Assembly: GCA_050178385.1 (NCBI GenBank)
Contig: JBFXGD010000003.1
Span: 1-55,722 of the forward strand
Length of the DNA stretch: 55,722 nucleotides
Origin: Calditrichaceae bacterium
GTDB taxonomy: Bacteria > Calditrichota > Calditrichia > Calditrichales > JBFXGD01
Direction of reading: 5' to 3'
Under the pieces are notes generated by a model. The model saw only the letters and a program-made list of their open reading frames with translations, did no database searches and had not been told where the DNA came from. Within the stretch, counting starts at the first letter, position 1. Every line of letters begins with the position of its first letter. The position numbers were made by a program, and so were the translations under genes. Of this stretch, positions 51,724 through 55,722 are shown one piece after another.

Positions 51724-52637
51724 GACCCGCTATGTCAGAATTTTTTTCAATTGATGAACCGGAATACCTTCTAAAAGAAGCGGAGGAGTTGTTTCTCAAC
51801 TTTGAGTATGATGACGCCTTTTCAAAATGGAGGCTCTATTTAAACGAAGGTGAAGATGAAGAGCTGCTGAAGTTTGTCAATGAAATTATATTCAGCTGGG
51901 AAGAAGAATCGTTTTTAGATATTCACGATTTATCAGGATTGTTTGAAATCTGGTCAAGGCAAAGGGGAAGATACCGGTCCGAACGTATTAGTAAATTGAC
52001 TTTCGCGCTGTTAGAAAGACTGCTTACGAAAATTTATCAGAAACGTTTTCAGGAACACGCAAAAAAAGAATACACCATCACATCGGGAATTTTTGAATAT
52101 CTCTCAAATGATCCTGATTCGGCTATTCCGCGTCTCACCCGCGCCGTAACCGATAATAGTGAAGATACGCTGGCAAAAAGTTATCTGGGTCTGGCCTATT
52201 ACGCAAAAAATGATCATCGTTCAGCCATGATTTATCTTTCGCAAAATCTTTTTTTAGACGCGGGGAATTTAGCCGCCGATGATTTTTTTGAACCGCAAAT
52301 TAAACTTATTTACCAGGATTTATTTAGTATTCGAAAAAACAAAAAGATCAGTGCCTGGCTGACCGTTTTTGAATCATGGTTTAAAGATCTTCTCATATTC
52401 AGAGATGAGCCTCACTTTTTTATCCTGATGCAGCAAAAAGAACGAAATGAGCGCATTTTGCAGGTCAAATATTATCCGCATGAACGATACCGGCATTTTA
52501 TACGATGTCTGTTTGTCGCTGAATATGGCCGATTGTTCAGACGGAAAGAAACCGATCTGGTTCTTGAGCAGGAACATTATATGGAAAAACTTGACCGCCA
52601 GTTGTTCGCGCGGTACCGACAGAAACGCAAAAGCTGA
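51720..52637 (+). CDS. Hypothetical alpha-helical protein with a TPR-like segment
   Basis: 305 aa ORF; AKSYLGLAYYAKND TPR-like motif. Confidence 0.6.
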   Translation: MRPAMSEFFSIDEPEYLLKEAEELFLNFEYDDAFSKWRLYLNEGEDEELLKFVNEIIFSWEEESFLDIHDLSGLFEIWSRQRGRYRSERISKLTFALLERLLTKIYQKRFQEHAKKEYTITSGIFEYLSNDPDSAIPRLTRAVTDNSEDTLAKSYLGLAYYAKNDHRSAMIYLSQNLFLDAGNLAADDFFEPQIKLIYQDLFSIRKNKKISAWLTVFESWFKDLLIFRDEPHFFILMQQKERNERILQVKYYPHERYRHFIRCLFVAEYGRLFRRKETDLVLEQEHYMEKLDRQLFARYRQKRKS

Positions 52638-52820
52638 TTCAATAACCGGAATCCCCTCCCGAAGGTTTCAGATAATATCAGATTTATAGATACTAAAATT
52701 TATTTTTGCCTATTCGTGAGTTATATTAGAGAATAGCGTTTGATATTTGTGCGCTGTGAATACAGATAAGCCGTTCAGATACAATTCTACGATTAAGCTT
52801 GATTTAAAGAAGGAGTTATT

Positions 52821-53486
52821 TTGATAAAGAAAGGTGTACTTTTTGATTTTGACGGTGTTGTAGTGAAAAGCATGGAACAGCATTTTACGGCATGGCAGAA
52901 AGCTTTTTCTGACAAGGGGATTCATTTATCTCCGGAGGAATTCTTTGTTCTGGAGGGACAGGGGATTGAAACAATAGCGGGTATTCTTGGGAAAAAACAT
53001 GGTATGGATGATGATGCGCTTTCTGAAATTATGGAACAGAAAGTAAATTATTATAATCAAATTATGACGATTGAATTTTACGATAATTTTATTGATATGA
53101 TCAAAAAACTGAAATCATTGAAGGTTCCGACGGGTATTGTTACAGGAGGATCGAGAAGCCGGGTAGGAAAAATAGTGGAAGACTATCTTGACGACTATTT
53201 TGATATTCTGGTCTCTGTCGATGATGTTGATCATGGAAAACCCTATCCAGATCCGTTTTTGAAGGGCGCGGAATTACTAAATTTAAGCCCGGAAGAGTGC
53301 ATTGTAGTTGAAAACGCGCCATTAGGTATCCGCGGAGCAGTAAGTGCGAAGATGACGGTGATTGCGGTAAAAACAACTTTAAATGAAACCCATCTTAAAG
53401 AAGCGCATCATATCGCGGAAAATTTTTTAGAAGTAGGAGATCTGATCCATTCATATCTCAATAATGGGCCGGTCCGAAGTTTTTGA
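52821..53486 (+). CDS. HAD-superfamily phosphatase (beta-PGM/YqaB-like)
   Basis: FDFDGV, VTGG, GKPYPDP, VVENAPLG. Confidence 0.9.
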   Translation: MIKKGVLFDFDGVVVKSMEQHFTAWQKAFSDKGIHLSPEEFFVLEGQGIETIAGILGKKHGMDDDALSEIMEQKVNYYNQIMTIEFYDNFIDMIKKLKSLKVPTGIVTGGSRSRVGKIVEDYLDDYFDILVSVDDVDHGKPYPDPFLKGAELLNLSPEECIVVENAPLGIRGAVSAKMTVIAVKTTLNETHLKEAHHIAENFLEVGDLIHSYLNNGPVRSF

Positions 53487-53575
53487 TCTCCGTAAAAAAT
53501 TTTATTATATTCCACCTTCAAATTTAACAATTTGAGTAAACAGGAATAATGACAAAAAGGAAGTAAAATTTAGAA

Positions 53576-53941
53576 ATGTATCGTCTATCAATTCAAACAA
53601 ATATATCCGCAGCTCATTTTATTCGTAATTACGAAGGACCATGCGCGCGGCTTCACGGGCACAACTGGAAATTAAAAGTTGATGTCACGGCGACTGTTCT
53701 TGACGAGATCGGTATGGCTATCGATTTTAAAGATCTCAAAGAGATCACCTGGAAAATAGCGGGACGCTATGACCATCAAAATTTTAATGAGATCGCTCCC
53801 TTTGACAAGATAAATCCCACAGCTGAAAACGTGGCAAAATACTTTTTTGAAGAAATTGATCGATTGCTTCCCGAAGGAATTCGTATGGCAAAGATCAGTC
53901 TGTGGGAGACGGAGAAATACCTCGTTGAATACAGTGAATAA
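53576..53941 (+). CDS. queD: 6-carboxytetrahydropterin synthase
   Basis: SAAH, CARLHGHNW, NPTAEN, WET. Confidence 0.93.
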   Translation: MYRLSIQTNISAAHFIRNYEGPCARLHGHNWKLKVDVTATVLDEIGMAIDFKDLKEITWKIAGRYDHQNFNEIAPFDKINPTAENVAKYFFEEIDRLLPEGIRMAKISLWETEKYLVEYSE

Positions 53942-54602
53942 AAACAGTACCGAAGGCGCGATAACCCTGAAATTAAATGAAATATTTTACAGCATTCAGG
54001 GTGAATCGACGTTTACCGGATTGCCGTGTGTTTTTGTTCGTTTGACTTATTGTAATCTCCGCTGCAGCTATTGTGATACCGAATACGCGTTCTATGAAGG
54101 TAAGAATTATACCTTTCCCGAAATACTTTCAGAAATCCGAAAATTTGACTGCAATCTTGTGGAAATTACCGGAGGCGAGCCGTTAATCCAGGAAAATGTT
54201 CTTCCTTTTATGAAGATTCTTTGTGATGAGGGGTTTGAAGTGCTGTTAGAAACTGCGGGACATCTGGATATCAGCCCTGTTGATCCGAGAGTGAAACGAA
54301 TTATGGATATCAAATGTCCATCCAGCGGGGAATCGGAGAAAAATCGATGGGAAAATATCAGCAGTCTGACAAACAATGATCAGGTGAAATTTGTCATCGG
54401 CGACAAGAAAGATTATGACTGGGCAAAGGAAATCATTTCTAAATTTGAGATAACAAATAAATGCACAGTTTTAATGTCACCTGTTTTTGGTGAAATCGAA
54501 TTAAATGATATGGCTGAATGGATCCTCGCCGACCGGCTTGATATCCGGTTTCAACTGCAAATTCACAAATATATCTGGAGCCCTGATAAAAGGGGTGTCT
54601 GA
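53934..54602 (+). CDS. queE: 7-carboxy-7-deazaguanine synthase (radical SAM); start uncertain, GTG 53934 assumed
   Basis: EIFYSIQGE, CNLRCSYCDT, ITGGEP, QIHKYIW. Confidence 0.92.
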   Translation: MNKNSTEGAITLKLNEIFYSIQGESTFTGLPCVFVRLTYCNLRCSYCDTEYAFYEGKNYTFPEILSEIRKFDCNLVEITGGEPLIQENVLPFMKILCDEGFEVLLETAGHLDISPVDPRVKRIMDIKCPSSGESEKNRWENISSLTNNDQVKFVIGDKKDYDWAKEIISKFEITNKCTVLMSPVFGEIELNDMAEWILADRLDIRFQLQIHKYIWSPDKRGV

Positions 54603-54647
54603 TAAATTATTCATCATTAATTGACCTGAAATAAAAAGGAGATAAAA

Positions 54648-55007
54648 TTGGCAGAGATAGAAGTATTTGAAAATCAATTCCCAAACAGAGATTATTATAT
54701 CACTCATGTGAACGAAGAGTTTACTTCTGTTTGTCCCAAAACAGGATTGCCGGATTTCGGGACAATTACCATTGAATATATTCCGGATAAAATATGCATC
54801 GAACTCAAATCTTTAAAATATTATTTTCTCGATTTTAGAGACAAGGGAATATTTTACGAGTCTGTTATCAATGAAATTCTGGATGAGATGGTCAAAGCCT
54901 GTAAACCCCGTTTTATGAAAGTGACCGGTGAATTTACAACACGCGGAGGAATTTATTCGACAGTTGTGGCTGTGCATGATACCGAACAGCAGGACAACAA
55001 TCGATGA
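54648..55007 (+). CDS. queF: PreQ0 reductase (short, unimodular type)
   Basis: [26 protein letters not shown]. Confidence 0.93.
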   Translation: MAEIEVFENQFPNRDYYITHVNEEFTSVCPKTGLPDFGTITIEYIPDKICIELKSLKYYFLDFRDKGIFYESVINEILDEMVKACKPRFMKVTGEFTTRGGIYSTVVAVHDTEQQDNNR

Positions 55008-55687
55008 AACGCGGGAAGGCAGTTGTTCTGGTCTCCGGAGGACTCGATAGTTGCGTGACAGCCGCCATTGCAAATTTGAATTATGAACTGGCATTCCTGC
55101 ATCTGAATTACGGGCAGCGGACAGAAAAACGCGAACTAAAAGCCTTTAATGAAATAGCGGATTTTTTTGGAGCGGAGAAACGGCTTCTGGTTGACGCGGC
55201 ATTTTTTAATCAAATCGGCGGGTCAAGCCTGACTGACATGAACATGGAAGTTGGTGAAGCCAATATTGAATCAAATGAAATTCCTTCTACTTACGTTCCC
55301 TTCCGCAACGCGAATATACTGTCCATTGCCACGAGCTATGCCGAAGTAATTGGGGCATCGAAAATTTTCATCGGCGCGGTGGAAGAAGATTCATCGGGCT
55401 ATCCCGATTGCCGGGTTAATTTTTTTCAGGCGTTCAATCAGGTTATCCGGCTCGGTACAAAACCGGATACGCATATTGAGATAATGACTCCGATCATCGA
55501 CCTGAAAAAATGGGAAATTGTGAAAAAGGGGCTTGAACTAAAAGCCCCTCTTGATAAAACCTGGTCATGTTATAAGAGTGAAGATAAAGCCTGTGGTGTT
55601 TGTGACAGTTGCGCGTTAAGATTACGCGGATTCCGTCTTGCCGGGTCTGAAGACCCCATACCATACCATCAGCGTCCCGTTTATTAG
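55004..55687 (+). CDS. queC: 7-cyano-7-deazaguanine synthase
   Basis: SGGLDS, YGQR, TYVPFRN, YPDCR, TWSCY, CGVCDSC. Confidence 0.96.
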   Translation: MKRGKAVVLVSGGLDSCVTAAIANLNYELAFLHLNYGQRTEKRELKAFNEIADFFGAEKRLLVDAAFFNQIGGSSLTDMNMEVGEANIESNEIPSTYVPFRNANILSIATSYAEVIGASKIFIGAVEEDSSGYPDCRVNFFQAFNQVIRLGTKPDTHIEIMTPIIDLKKWEIVKKGLELKAPLDKTWSCYKSEDKACGVCDSCALRLRGFRLAGSEDPIPYHQRPVY

Positions 55688-55722
55688 CAGTAAAGAATTT
55701 TTTCGGCCACTCGTGTTCATCC

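Noticed and set aside
53487..53575. PreQ1 riboswitch upstream of queDEFC
   Set aside because: Only a weak AT-rich hairpin; I could not match a preQ1 aptamer pattern
53576..55687. 7-deazaguanine DNA-modification (dpd) defence island
   Set aside because: queF is present and no dpdA-like transglycosylase is visible; ordinary queuosine precursor synthesis is sufficient, though the window ends right after queC

Overview
A gene-dense, moderately AT-rich bacterial chromosome segment, coded almost entirely on the + strand. It comes from a diderm (kdsB, an Omp85 barrel, ExbB/ExbD/TonB). Gene content would fit an FCB-related lineage such as Calditrichota, but that is an impression and was not tested. 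Housekeeping genes include rpsR-rplI, priA, pdaD-speB, glnA, dgt, tRNA-Gly(CCC), deoB, a short sigma-70, gatC-kdsB-pyrG and queDEFC. I found no integrase, transposase, prophage or CRISPR array. The most interesting parts are: (1) a promoter- and terminator-bounded 9-gene signalling operon (3270-9455) that couples an MglA/MglB small-GTPase module to extra roadblock, PATAN/DUF4388-like and winged-helix proteins, an output-less HAMP membrane sensor and a cytoplasmic PAS kinase/receiver pair; (2) a 5-gene envelope operon (LPP20-like, TPR+SLH lipoprotein, FlgT-N-like, CsgG+FlgT-C-like, FecR) resembling the parts of a flagellar H-ring with no flagellar or curli genes nearby; (3) a selenocysteine peroxiredoxin that the ORF track splits at an in-frame UGA followed by a SECIS-like hairpin; (4) a TamA-like barrel followed by a miniature protein resembling only the TamB C-terminus; (5) two microcompartment vertex genes attached to deoB; (6) twin divergent ECF promoters; and (7) an intergenic REP/heptamer repeat mosaic. 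All family calls come from motif recognition by eye, not from database searches.
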